Origin: Ascoidea asiatica JCM 7603
Lineage: Eukaryota > Fungi > Ascomycota
Assembly (NCBI GenBank): GCA_001600695.1
Contig: BCKQ01000004.1
Span: 1,354,321-1,418,320, forward strand
Direction: 5' to 3'
Length of the DNA: 64,000 bases
The translations under genes and the position numbers were made by a program. This document shows positions 11,094 through 23,175 of the stretch, piece by piece (positions within the stretch are counted from its first letter, which is position 1; every line of letters begins with the position of its first letter). Under the pieces are notes generated by a model. That model had not been told where the DNA came from. It did no database searches and saw nothing but the letters and a program-made list of their open reading frames with translations.

Positions 11094-14000
11094 GCTATTA
11101 TTATTGCTATTGTTATTGTTGTTATTATTGTTATTATTATTATTATTATTATTATTGTTACTAATATTTCCATTTAAATTTGGATTATTAAAATTTAAAT
11201 TTTGTAAATTTGGATTACCTGAATTTCGAAATGCTTCCATAAGTTTTTGTGCTCCATTAGAAGATTTTAAAACTGCTTGAATTCTTGGATTAGTTCTGAA
11301 TGTATTTTTCATTACCGAGATACTACTTGGAAAGTTGGAGTTGGAGTGGTTATTATTATTACTATTACCATTATTGGAAGGAGTATTAACATTACTATTA
11401 GTATTACTATTATTATTATTATTATTATTATTTGAATTTCCAATATTATTGAAATTTAAATTATTCAGATTTGATATTCCGTTCAATCCACTAAGATTAC
11501 CAAAATTTAAATTATTACTTATACCATTACCACTATTCATATTAAGGTTATTCACATTAAGATTATTCATATTATTAATATTCCCTAAATCATTTACATT
11601 GTTTATATTATTTATATTACCCATATTATTCATATTTGTGTTATTCATATTACTCATATTATTAAGATTGTTTGAAAAGTTTGAATTACCAATATTATTT
11701 AAACCAAGGCTAAGATTAAAATTATCTATATTATTTGGTGTAGAACCATTGAAATTGGCATTAATATTATTTTTAATGTTACCAACATTATTAGCATTAA
11801 TAGAATTATTCAATGGACTAGTTAATACATTACCCTTATTGTTGTTGTTTAAATTTATTTTACTGCTATTGGTACTTCCAGGAATATTACTTTGGTTATT
11901 GTTATTGTTATTATTATTATTATTATTGACCATAACATTAGTAGGAGTATTGTTACTATTAAGATTATTATTCTTGCTTTGATTACCAGAAGATTGTAAT
12001 TGCTGCATTGCCTTTTCTTTTTCTTTTCTTTCCTTCTCCTCTTTCTTTTTTTTAGTCATATATTGTCTTTTAGGCTTCTTTGTCGGAGGCCCATTTGCTG
12101 AACTATCAGTACTATCTGGTGGTATAGTTTTATTATCAATTAATGGAGTACTAGCTGCTGAAGTTTTTTTACTTCTTTTTGTTGGTTTTTTTCGTTTCTT
12201 AGATGTTAACTGAGGAGAATTAGTACCAGAAGGAGTATTTCCTTTACTATTGGAACCTTTAATATTTCCTACCCCAGTTCCACTGGTATTATTTAAATTT
12301 GTAGAATTTAAATCATTCTTATCATTAGTAGTGATATTATCTAGATTTGTATTGACCCCAAAATTTTCTGGTAATGGTTCAATTCCTTGTAATGGTGTAT
12401 TCATAACAGAATTTGCTCCAGATGCATTTAATTGTTGTTGATGTTGTTGTTGTTTCCGCTGTTGTAAGGCCATTTTTTGTAAAATTTGTTGATTATTTGC
12501 ACTACCAGTCATTTTATTATTACCAGTAATATTTTTACCATTACCAGATGATGAAGAAGAAGATTGTCCTCTTGAAGCTTTAACAGCCTGTTGAGCATTA
12601 CTTAAATAATCAGCTTGCTTTTTCTTTTCTTTATTTTCACGAATTTCTTGTAAAATATGTAATCTAACAAATTTACCAGAATTTGAATCATTTGAAGATA
12701 CACTTGATGTACTATTAAATTTACTTGTATACATTGACATTAATTCTTCATATTTTGAATCAAATTTAGAAATATCTTCATGTAATTCTCTTGGTTCATT
12801 AATAAATTCTTTTCTATGCCAATGTTTAACATTTTCATTTTTATAATCAATTTCAGGATATTTAATATTTGGAAATAAATAACTTGGACAATTTTTATAA
12901 GGATTTAAAGGTACAGATAAATCTAATTTTCTTTTTGTTGCACTTAAAGTTTTTGCTTCGACATTTAAGATGAAAGTATCACTTATACTTGGATTTTTTT
13001 CTACTTCGAATAACATTTCATGATAAAACGATAAATCAGTTGGTTTTAAAACAATTCTATAAGACTTGTAACCTTTTTTATTTGTTATATTATTATTATT
13101 ATTGTTATTAGAAAATTTTGATTGTGATTGAGATGATTTATTGAATAAATTACTAGTTTTATTAGTATTAGTATTATTAGTATTATTAGTATTATTTTTA
13201 TTTTTATTAGTTTGAATATTATTATTTTGTCTATGATCATAAACTTTTAAAATTATACAACCGTTATATAATTTTACATAACCTTGAATAATTATATCTA
13301 TTAAAGAAGGTGGGATTTGTTGTTTTGAAACAAATTTTAAAAATTCTTTAACATTTTCATTATCTTTAGATATCATACCTTCTTGATTACCAAAACGATA
13401 ATAAGTATCATAAATATGAAATTCCATTGAAGGAGGATAATTTTTATAAGATTTTAAAATATCATCTTCAGTTTCAATATAATTATAATGTAAAGAAGTT
13501 CTAAAAAGATTCAGTTGTCTTTGATTTTGAATATATAATTGTCTTTTTTGTAAAAGAGCAATTTGTTTTGGAGTATAATTTTTTGCAAGAGCAGCTTGAT
13601 TTAAAAGAGCCCATTGATGTTTCTGTTGTTGTTGGGTTAAAAGATATTTTTTATTATTACCATTTTGAGTTAAATTTACTTGATTATGAGGGTTTATTCG
13701 ATTAACTTGATTAGTTGGATTTACTTGATTTGTTGGATTTACTTGATTTAATGGATTCACTTGATTAACTCGATTAACTTGATTTACTTGATTTACCTGA
13801 TTGATTTGGTTTATTCGATTCACTTGATTCACTTGATTCACTTGATTGATTTGATTAATTTTATTCAGTTGATTGATTGAATTTACTTGATTAACTTGAT
13901 TAATTGGGTTCACTTGATTTATGGGGTTTACTTGATTTATTGGATTAACTTGATTACTTGGGTTAACTTGATTTACTTGATTTACTTGGTTTATTGGATT

Positions 14001-14447
14001 AACTTGATTTATCGGATTTACTTGATTATTTGGATTCACTTGATTTACTTGATTTACTTGGTTAAATTGATTTATTTGACTAATTTGATTAGATAAATTA
14101 AAAGAAATATTAGGATTTTCAATTTTAATTTGATCATTAATTTTTTTTAATTTATTATATTGTAAAGAATTTAAATTATTTGTAATTAAATTTTTTGAAA
14201 TTGGACTACTAAGTAAACTAGAATTTGAATTTGGAGAATTTAAATTAAGATTGAAATTATTTAAGTTACTTAAGTTATTTAAATTACTGTTGACATTATT
14301 CATATTATTTACATTATTTACATTATTTACATTATTTACATTATTTATATTATTGACATTATTCATATTATTTATATTATTTATATTATTTATATTATTT
14401 ATATTATTTATATTACTTAAGTTATTGAAATTATTCATATAATTCAT
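11046..14447 (-). CDS. SPT20: SAGA complex subunit Spt20 with large N/Q-rich repeats
   Basis: Spt20 domain YKNYPPSMEFHIY...YRFG...FLKFV..QQIP...KLYNGCIILKVYDHR. The ORF-track start at 14456 is TTG; the first ATG is at 14447. Confidence 0.85.
13670..14090 (-). repeat. Coding minisatellite in SPT20 encoding (NQV)n / (NQVNPI)n
   Basis: Repeated 9/18-nt units such as ACTTGATTA/ACTTGATTT. Confidence 0.85.
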
Positions 14448-14877
14448 ATTTTGCAATTACAAATATATTTACTTTTTATTATAGTTATTTAAGTATATTT
14501 TAGGTCTATTTATGTTTAGGTCTAAATGATAAATAATAATAATTGAAATAATAATTTTTATCAATATTTAATACAGAGATGAAAAGAATAAATGAAATAT
14601 AATAAAGTTAAATAAAGTTAAAGTAAGTAAAATTAAATAAGATTGAATAAGATTAAATAAATAATTGAATAATTGATTAGAATATTATTAAGAATTGAAT
14701 TAAATTGTAATTGTTGATCAAGTCAAGTCATCAAACGTTCGGTATAATAAAGTAATAAAAGTGGTAATAAAAAGGCAATAAATGAATGAATAAATAAATA
14801 AATGAGTAAGAAAGCAGGAAAGAAACTCTGCCCCGATGGGTTTTATGCTCCAGACACAAACCAAACCCATAAACACG

Positions 14878-14885
14878 GTCACGTG
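14878..14885. promoter_or_regulatory. Cbf1-type E-box GTCACGTG upstream of SPT20
   Basis: Exact RTCACGTG; similar sites at 16904, 39037, 39054 and 39162. Confidence 0.5.
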
Positions 14886-15162
14886 GTAATAGCACTGAAA
14901 GGTCATGTGACACCGGCATGCAGGCTTGCTGCTGCTGTCTTGCGTGAGATGATGTTTATAGAAGTATGTCACAGTAGGGTGTTGTATTAGACTTTTAAAC
15001 TTTGGAAGGGGCTCGTAAGTATGCAATGATATGTAAGGGTCTTCTGTAGGAGATGCTTTTCCATTTCATGCATTTATTTCTATTTTTACATTTATATATA
15101 TATAGATAGATATTATATTATATTATATTATATTATATTATATTATATTATATTATTATTTA

Positions 15163-16674
15163 TTATTTATTATTAATTTGTTTACGATCTTTAATTTTTA
15201 TTAAATTTTCTTCAATATTAATTTCCCAATTTTTTAAAAATTCCATATTTTGATCTTTATATAAATTATAATTAAAATTTAAAATATAATTAATATCAAT
15301 TAAATTTAATAAAAAATCATTTAATAAATCATTAATTTTTATATTAAAATAAACTTTATTAATAAATATTAAAATTTGATTAATAATTTTAAATAAAGCA
15401 AAATTTTTTAAAATTTTTTTAAAATTAGAATTATTAATTAAAGAAATTTTAAATTTATAAATTTTTAACCAATTTAAATAATTTTTTGAAATTATTGAAT
15501 TAATAAATTCTAAATTATAATTTATATCATTTTTAATAAAATTATAATAAATATTAATTAATTTATTAATTAAATTATAATTTAAATTATTAAAATTTAT
15601 ATTAAAATGTAAATAATGATAAATATATAAAGTTAAAAAATCATTAATTTGATTAAAATTTAATAAATTTTTAAATTTTATAAAATTTAAATTATCTAAT
15701 AAATAATTTATACAAGGTAAATAAGTTTCATAATTTAAGAAAAAAGAAGAGATTTTAATTGAATATAAAAAAACTTCAATAATAAAAGAATCAACTGGTA
15801 AAATTAATAAAGATTCTCTTAATTTTCTTAAATTTAAAAAAATATTATTAATTTCATTTATATCTTTATAATCTTTATAATCTTTATAATCTTTATAATC
15901 TTTAAGATCTTTAAGATCTTCTAAGTTTAAATTATTTGAATTTAATTTTGAATCTGAGAATAAATTAATAAAATCAGATTGAATTTGATTAAAGAATTTA
16001 ATTCTTTCATTTTTTGATTTTTGTAATATACTATCATCACCTCTACTTATAAAACCATATTCTGGAGTAATTGAATTTTTTGAATTATTTTTAAGATCAT
16101 TTGAAAATCTAAGTTGTCTTTTATTTAATAAATTTGAATTATTAATTAAATCATTATCAGATTTATTAAATTTATTTAATTTATTTAATTTATTTAATTT
16201 ATATTTACTTAATTTATTTGATTTAATTGTTTTATTTGATTTTTTAATTAATGGAGCACTTTTAAAATTCTTAATTGAAGAATTTGAATTTGAATTTGAA
16301 TATGAATATGAATTTGAATTTGAATTTGAATTTGTAGAAATTGAATTTGAATATATTGAATTATTATCATCTTTATTATTATTATTATCTTTTATTGCAA
16401 GATTATTTAGTTTATTTATTAAATCATCTTGAGAATCATCTTGGGATGAGTCTTTGAGATCTTTTTTATTATTTATCTCACTATTTATATCATTATTTAT
16501 ATCATTATTTATATCATTATTTATATCATTATTTATATCATTTATATTTGTATCTGATTGAGTATGAGTATATTTCTCGGAAAGATTAGTATCGGAACAA
16601 GTTTTATAACTATTTCTATACCAAGTTGAACTTGCTTTACCTTTATAAGACTGTCTATCATTCCATTTCTTCAT
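15163..16674 (-). CDS. Uncharacterised protein, possibly PCI / SAC3-GANP-THP3-like helical domain
   Basis: 503-aa ORF; blocks EYGFISRGDD, NLRKLRESLL and YETYLPCINYLL resemble a conserved fungal PCI-like family; family call tentative. Confidence 0.5.
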   Translation of the reverse strand: MKKWNDRQSYKGKASSTWYRNSYKTCSDTNLSEKYTHTQSDTNINDINNDINNDINNDINNDINSEINNKKDLKDSSQDDSQDDLINKLNNLAIKDNNNNKDDNNSIYSNSISTNSNSNSNSYSYSNSNSNSSIKNFKSAPLIKKSNKTIKSNKLSKYKLNKLNKLNKFNKSDNDLINNSNLLNKRQLRFSNDLKNNSKNSITPEYGFISRGDDSILQKSKNERIKFFNQIQSDFINLFSDSKLNSNNLNLEDLKDLKDYKDYKDYKDYKDINEINNIFLNLRKLRESLLILPVDSFIIEVFLYSIKISSFFLNYETYLPCINYLLDNLNFIKFKNLLNFNQINDFLTLYIYHYLHFNINFNNLNYNLINKLINIYYNFIKNDINYNLEFINSIISKNYLNWLKIYKFKISLINNSNFKKILKNFALFKIINQILIFINKVYFNIKINDLLNDFLLNLIDINYILNFNYNLYKDQNMEFLKNWEINIEENLIKIKDRKQINNK

Positions 16675-16964
16675 AATTGAATAGATTACTAAAGTTTGAA
16701 TATGATTTGCTATTATTGTCTAGTTTTAATTTCTGTGATTGTAATAAAATGTCAATATTTCTTCTCGGATGTTTTCTCTTGTTTTCTCTTGTTTTCTCTT
16801 TGATTTCATATGTTTCTTGTATGTTGATTACTGCGTATGTTATCAGTTACAAAATCAATTGATTCCATAAGGACCCACCAAACTGGTCTCAACAATGTTG
16901 TTGCACGTGATCAAATCCAAGCAAGTACTGCCATGCTCTGCCATGCAACCTGCGTCTGACCAGT

Positions 16965-16982
16965 TTTGCCACCCTCGCCACC
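16965..16982 (-). promoter_or_regulatory. PACE (Rpn4) element GGTGGCAAA plus adjacent GGTGGCGA variant
   Basis: TTTGCCACC at 16965-16973 and TCGCCACC at 16975-16982, in the divergent promoter of the PCI-like gene and NPC2. Confidence 0.5.
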
Positions 16983-17419
16983 GACAGCAACACTAGCCAC
17001 TTCCAATCTACAATATTACCACTCTCGTTCCTTCACGGCTGGTGCTACACCCCCAGCGGCACAGCGAACGAGCAACCGCCGACGTTGCAACTCGGCTGAG
17101 AACGAGCGCGAGAATGGTGCTGCTTCTGCTTTTGCTGCTACTCACCACTCGCTTTGCTATCTGCAATTCTTCACCAGATAACAATCCAGCACAATTCATC
17201 ACAATCCTATAAAAAGTCCATTGAAGAGTCCATTGAAAACACCTTCTTGTCTTTTTACTCCTATTTATTCACTCCCAGTTTCTTCATTTCAACAACAACA
17301 ACAACAATATTATTGCTCTTTAATCTTTCAATTATCAATTATCAATTGTTTCAAATATATTATTCAATATTGTGTATTTATTATCTTGCTCAAAAAAGAA
17401 TCAAAAATAATAAAATAAA

Positions 17420-18064
17420 ATGGTTTCAATTAATTTTAAAAATTTATTAAAAACTTCTGTAATTTTATTATCTTCAACTTTATTAATTAATGTTAATTCA
17501 TCATCATTATCAACTTCAAATCAATTAAAAATAAATTTATTACCTGGTGAAAAACCAATTCCTGGTGATAATCCATGTAGTATTTGTGATACTTTTGAAC
17601 CACAATTATTATCAATAAAAAATGTTATAATATCTCCAAATCCTCCAGAAAGAGGTACTAATTTATCAATTATTGCTTCTGGTTTCTTAGAAGATGATAT
17701 TTTACAAGGTGCTTATGTTGATGTTGATGTAAGATATGGTTATATAAAATTAATTCAACAAACTTTTGATTTATGTGATGAAATTAAAAATATTGATATG
17801 AAATGTCCAATTAATAAAGGTAATATAGAAATTAAAAAACAAGTGGAAATTCCAAATGAAGTACCTCCTGGTAAATATACTGTTTATGCAAGAGCTTATA
17901 CTGATGATGATGAATTCATTACTTGTCTTACTGCTTCTGTAATATTTCCTCAATATTCTTCTACCACCTTATCTTCCATATCCTCTTTATCCTCTTTATC
18001 TTCTTCTTTAAAATCTTCATTTAAATCCTTAGGTTCTTCAATCAAAAGAGCATTCCTCAATTAA
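17420..18064 (+). CDS. NPC2: ML-domain sterol / PG-PI transfer protein
   Basis: Signal peptide, IPGDNP, ISPNPPERG, GAYVDVDVRYGYIKLI..TFDLC, CPI, IPNEVPPGKYTV.ARAYT...ITCL. Confidence 0.92.
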   Translation: MVSINFKNLLKTSVILLSSTLLINVNSSSLSTSNQLKINLLPGEKPIPGDNPCSICDTFEPQLLSIKNVIISPNPPERGTNLSIIASGFLEDDILQGAYVDVDVRYGYIKLIQQTFDLCDEIKNIDMKCPINKGNIEIKKQVEIPNEVPPGKYTVYARAYTDDDEFITCLTASVIFPQYSSTTLSSISSLSSLSSSLKSSFKSLGSSIKRAFLN

Positions 18065-18526
18065 TACTTACTACTTACTTACTTAATATTTAATGTTTTT
18101 ATAACAATCCTCTTTCAAACTAAGCTACGCTGCCTAAAGTACACTAAAGTATTAATTAATTATCATTAAATATTAGTGTTTATTTATCTATATTCACTAA
18201 ACTGATTACACTCTTTTTTATCTTACTTATTTATTTATTTACTTATTTATTTATTTAGTTATTTAGTTACTATGTTATTCTACAATAATTAGACCGAATG
18301 CATACTTTTTATTTTATTACACTATAAACAATTATTGTAATTTTATATCTTAAATTGAATTCAATTAACTTCAATTGACTCTGTAATAATATAAAAATTA
18401 ATAAAAAAAAAAAAAATGATTTTAGTTAATTTTAACCGCTGATACAATAAAATAATATAATTAAGCGCTGATATGAATTTTTAGAAATTAAATAAAAAAA
18501 ATATAATAATAAATAAAGAGCAAAAC

Positions 18527-20725
18527 TTATTTCTTCTTTAAATCTTCTTCTTCTTCATCTTCAGTATCTGTATTAATATCTGTCCAATCCACATCTTCAT
18601 CTTCAGAATCAATATCACTATCATCATCTGATTTATTACTACTTTCCTTTTCATCTTCATCATCTTCATCATCTACATCTCCTTCATTTTCATCTTCTGG
18701 ATTAAATTTTTTATATTTTTCTCCTCTTAATTGAGCCATAGCTCCTGCTATAGAATCTTCTTCAGGATATTCAATTTCATAATTATCTTTTTCTTTATCT
18801 TCATTATTTTCAAGTTCTTTAACTGTCATTACAACTGGAAAATCTAAATCTGATCCAAAATAATCACTATGAAATATTCTAATTCTAAATTGAAATTCTC
18901 CTGGTTCTGAAGGTGTTGGTTGTGTAATTGGAATTTTTAATGTTCCAATTTTTAATTTACAATCTTTTTCATTTATTTCATCGTTTTCATCTTTTTCATC
19001 TTTTGATAAAATTTCCCAATTATTAATTTGTTCTTTATAATCTTCATAAGAAACTTGTAAATTATCAAAATCTAAATTTTCATAAAATGTTGTTGGATCT
19101 GCTAATTTACCATCTTTTTGTAATAAAACCATAACAAAAAATCCAGTTTTTTTACTATTTAATTCTAATGGAAAAAATGGTGAATATGAATATGGTAATT
19201 TTTTTTGATTTTTAACAATTAAAAATGGATCTCTTAAATTTTCCATTGTTTCAATTTCATTAATTAAAAATTTTGGTATAATTTTATTAAAATTAAAATT
19301 ACCATGATGTAAACCAGATTTTATTAAAATTTTTATAACTAAATGTGAATTTGATAATGGTGTTACAATTTTTTCTCCAGGTACTTTAAATTCTGCACTA
19401 ATTAATTTTAAAATTGGATAATTTTTACTTATAAATTCAATTGTATCTTTAATTAATTTATCATCATTTATACCTAAAATTCTTTTTTGATCTTTTAATT
19501 CTAATGATAATAATTTTCCAATAGTTTTAATATTTAAATTATTAAAATTTTTATTATTTATACAATCCCAATTAACATTTGGTAATTGTAATAATTGTTG
19601 TTTATTTGTATTTAATAAAGGTACAGCTTGAGATATGGCTTTGGAAAGTAAAATTGAATTATAAACAATTTCTGAATTTCTAATAATTGAACCAATATCA
19701 ATTAAACCATTTAATAATATTGGAATTTTACTTATAATTTTTAATTTATTTAATTCTTCAATATCATTTAAACAATTTTCTCTATTTAAATGTTTATAAA
19801 TTAAATTTTCAATTTCTATTGGTTTTAAATTATTTTTAAATAAAATTTTAAATTCTTCAGATTTACTTATCCAATTTATAATTAATTTTGAATTAATTAA
19901 AGTTGAAGGAGTATAATTTATAATTTCTTTTAAAAATAATTCTGCAGTTTTTGAATGAATATTATGTTTTGTATATGATTTAACATTTGTCCACCATTTA
20001 TTAACTAAAAATGGTAAAAAAAAACCAATTAATAAACCATAAAATATTAAAACAAAAGTACCTTTTGAATCAATTAAAAATTTTGGTAATGCGATACCTC
20101 TAGTAACAGAAAGAATACCATCTGGATTACCATATTTTTCTAAATTTTCTTTAATTATATCATCAGTTAAAGCTTTATAAGCATTAACAATATTAATATA
20201 AGTTGATTCAATTTTAGATTTTTCTTCAATAGTTATATTTGAAGTATCTAATTTATCAGGATGAAATTTTAAAGATAATTTTCTATAAGCAGATTTAATT
20301 TCTTTATCAGTTGCTTTTGAATTAATATTCAAAATTTCATATGGATCAAATAATTTTGAATTATTATTGTTGTTATTGTTATTTAATAAATTAATTTTAT
20401 TAATATATAAAATTAAAATTACACATAATAAAATTCCAAAAAAATTTAAAAAATTTTTAAAATTAAATATTAAATTTAATTTATTATATTTTGAATTAAA
20501 TTTTTTAATAAAATTATAATTATATGGTTTTTTAAAATTTTTTGATAATTTTAAATTTTTTTGAATTAATGGATTTTTTGAAATTTTTGAAATTTTTTTT
20601 CGATTTGAAATTATTTTATTTATTGAAGATATCACAGATGGTATCACAATTAATGAAGTTAAAGTTAATGCAAAAAATGGCCATGTTTCTGAATTTTCAT
20701 CAAAAGTATATTGTGAGCTTGACAT
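18527..20725 (-). CDS. SEC63: ER translocon J-domain subunit Sec63
   Basis: N-terminal YTFDENSETWPFF, three TM segments, J domain with HPD (LKFHPDK), YGNPDG, GIALP, Brl domain and acidic tail ending TDINTDTEDE. Confidence 0.96.
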   Translation of the reverse strand: MSSSQYTFDENSETWPFFALTLTSLIVIPSVISSINKIISNRKKISKISKNPLIQKNLKLSKNFKKPYNYNFIKKFNSKYNKLNLIFNFKNFLNFFGILLCVILILYINKINLLNNNNNNNNSKLFDPYEILNINSKATDKEIKSAYRKLSLKFHPDKLDTSNITIEEKSKIESTYINIVNAYKALTDDIIKENLEKYGNPDGILSVTRGIALPKFLIDSKGTFVLIFYGLLIGFFLPFLVNKWWTNVKSYTKHNIHSKTAELFLKEIINYTPSTLINSKLIINWISKSEEFKILFKNNLKPIEIENLIYKHLNRENCLNDIEELNKLKIISKIPILLNGLIDIGSIIRNSEIVYNSILLSKAISQAVPLLNTNKQQLLQLPNVNWDCINNKNFNNLNIKTIGKLLSLELKDQKRILGINDDKLIKDTIEFISKNYPILKLISAEFKVPGEKIVTPLSNSHLVIKILIKSGLHHGNFNFNKIIPKFLINEIETMENLRDPFLIVKNQKKLPYSYSPFFPLELNSKKTGFFVMVLLQKDGKLADPTTFYENLDFDNLQVSYEDYKEQINNWEILSKDEKDENDEINEKDCKLKIGTLKIPITQPTPSEPGEFQFRIRIFHSDYFGSDLDFPVVMTVKELENNEDKEKDNYEIEYPEEDSIAGAMAQLRGEKYKKFNPEDENEGDVDDEDDEDEKESSNKSDDDSDIDSEDEDVDWTDINTDTEDEEEEDLKKK

Positions 20726-21202
20726 TTTGAATTATTTATTATTCTTTATTTGAAAGGGTACTGTAATTGTTAAGTAATTAAGTAATTAAGTGATTAAGTG
20801 ATTAAGTGATTAAGTGATTAAGTGAAGAAAGAGAGAATTACGCTAAAACATATGATACAATAAACTTGAATAGACAATTGTTTATCACTTGAACCCTTAT
20901 TGAAATCTATTTCTTCAGATATAAATTTGATTCAAAAAAGATAATTGAAATATAAATAAAAACTCTTTTAAAATGAAATAATTCAGCTGAAGAATATTTC
21001 TTTTCATTTCATTTCAATTCAGCTAATTTAGAATTGTTAACAATTGTTCACTTTAAAAGACTGAAGCTGATTATGGAGCTGTGGCAGAAATTCATTTTAG
21101 CGTCACGTATCTTTTTTGGAACATACAGCCACATAATTACTGTACTGGGACTGTTAATTAGCAGCAATTAGCCACACAACAATTAAAACAAAAGTGGAAG
21201 TG

Positions 21203-21210
21203 TTACCCGG
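21203..21210 (+). promoter_or_regulatory. Reb1-type site TTACCCGG in the SEC63/PET127 divergent promoter
   Basis: Exact consensus match in a GC-rich intergenic island. Confidence 0.45.
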
Positions 21211-21664
21211 ACTAAAAACAAAAAAATAATAACCAGTTCTGTGGATGCAATAATATGAAGCCAATTTTATGGAAGTTCTTTTTGAGACCAGGTTTGTGGA
21301 AGTTGTTTTAAAGCCAGATTTGTGGGTCATGTTTGGTAATGTATAAGCACGGTGGTTCATGCATGTACCACCACTGCGGGTCTTTGGATCAAAAATTATC
21401 TCCATTTGAAATTTTCACGTTTCCTGCAACTTCACACAATTTTTTTTATTTCTGATCAACTGATTTTGAGAGCATTGAAAGAAAAAGGTGGATTTGCATT
21501 GATAAGTACTTTTTATCATTCTTCTTTTATTCTTGCAGTTATTTTATTTGTTTAAAAGTAGTAGGTAGGATCATCAATAGAGTATAATAATATTTCAATC
21601 TGTTATTACGAGACTTGCTTCTATATTGTCTGGTGATAAAATAAGAATATTATTTATCTCTTCT

Positions 21665-23112
21665 ATGATTTCTTCAAGGTTCACAAGACACTTTTCAACA
21701 AAGAATACTTCTTCAAGAAAATGTTTTATAATAACTTTTAAAAGATCTGTGACAAATTTATCTGAGTCTAAGAAAAATAATAAACAGTCTAAGGAGCTGA
21801 TAAAACCTTTTGGAAATTCAAAATTTAAAGTACCTTTAAATGATTCAAAGTTGATTGTTGAAACTTCAGAAGTTGATTCCAACATGAAGAAACTTTTTAC
21901 AACTGTACAAAAAATGAAACTTCCTCAAAATAAAAGGAAAATAAATTATCGATTGGAAAGAAATAAAGAAAATTCGAAAATAAAACAAGATCAAATACAA
22001 AAACATTTACTTATTGATAAAAAACGTAATTTTTTTAAATCTCCAATAACGTCTCCAATAAATTCTTCAAAAATTTCTTCATCAACAACTTCAAAAAATT
22101 TTTCAAAAAATCCTTTAATAGAAAAAGTAAAAATTCAAACTAATAATCAATCAATTAAAAATGATCTTCAGACTTTAAAAATAAAAGATCTTATTTCAAA
22201 AAATAAACTTGGTTCAGATTCAAAATTTGATTATATATCAGATTCTGAAATTTCTTTAAGAAATTATAATCATCCTTTATTAAATATTTTATTTTCTGAA
22301 AAAAAAAATTTTCAAAATCCTGATTTTAATCATATTTATACTTCAATAATTTTAACTAAAAAATTATCTTTTAATCCAATTATACCACCTTTTAAACAAC
22401 CTGAAATTCCAAAATTATCAAATAATTTATCAAAAATTTTATTTCAACCTGGTGTTTATTTTGCTTTACAAGATTCATATTCTGATGTATTTAATTTTAA
22501 TCCATTTTTAAAAAAAATTTTACCAATTGGAAAATTTGATTTTAAAAAAATTAAACCATATATTCCAAGTCATAAAGATAAAACTTTACAAAATTTATCT
22601 AATTATTTAAATAATTCTATATCAAAGAATAAAACTGATAATATTATAATAAATCAAAATGAAGATAATCAATTAGATAATTTTTCAGAAAATATAAATA
22701 TTGAAAAAAATGATAATAATCTTGAAAATAATCTTGAAAATAATCTTGAAAATAATCTTGAAAATAATCTTGAAAATATTTCAGAAAATACTTCTGAAAT
22801 TCATAAAGCAACTACTGATAACTTTGAAAATAAAGGTCCTATTGATGAAATCAAAGAATTAGAAGAAAAATTAAATAAAAATAGTGAACTTTTTAAAAAT
22901 ATTTTAGAATCTAATAATAAAATTAATTTTTTCAGTTCAACTTCTTCAATGACTGGATTTTTAATGAAATTTCATTTTTTTTTATCAAATAATAGACCTG
23001 TAAATATAACTAATTTATCTAAAAATTTCCCTGGTTCTTTTGAAAAATATACTGGTGCTTATAAATCTCCAGTTTCAATAATTATTTCTAAAAAAAATTT
23101 CCTTGAAGAAAC

Positions 23113-23175
<63 letters not shown>

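Noticed and set aside
13670-14090. Regularly spaced repeats resembling a CRISPR array
   Set aside because: Eukaryotic coding minisatellite with no unique spacers and no cas genes
14878-14885. GTCACGTG as CDEI of a point centromere next to very AT-rich DNA
   Set aside because: No immediately adjacent AT-rich CDEII or CDEIII CCG element; the AT-rich DNA nearby is a CDS; better explained as a promoter E-box
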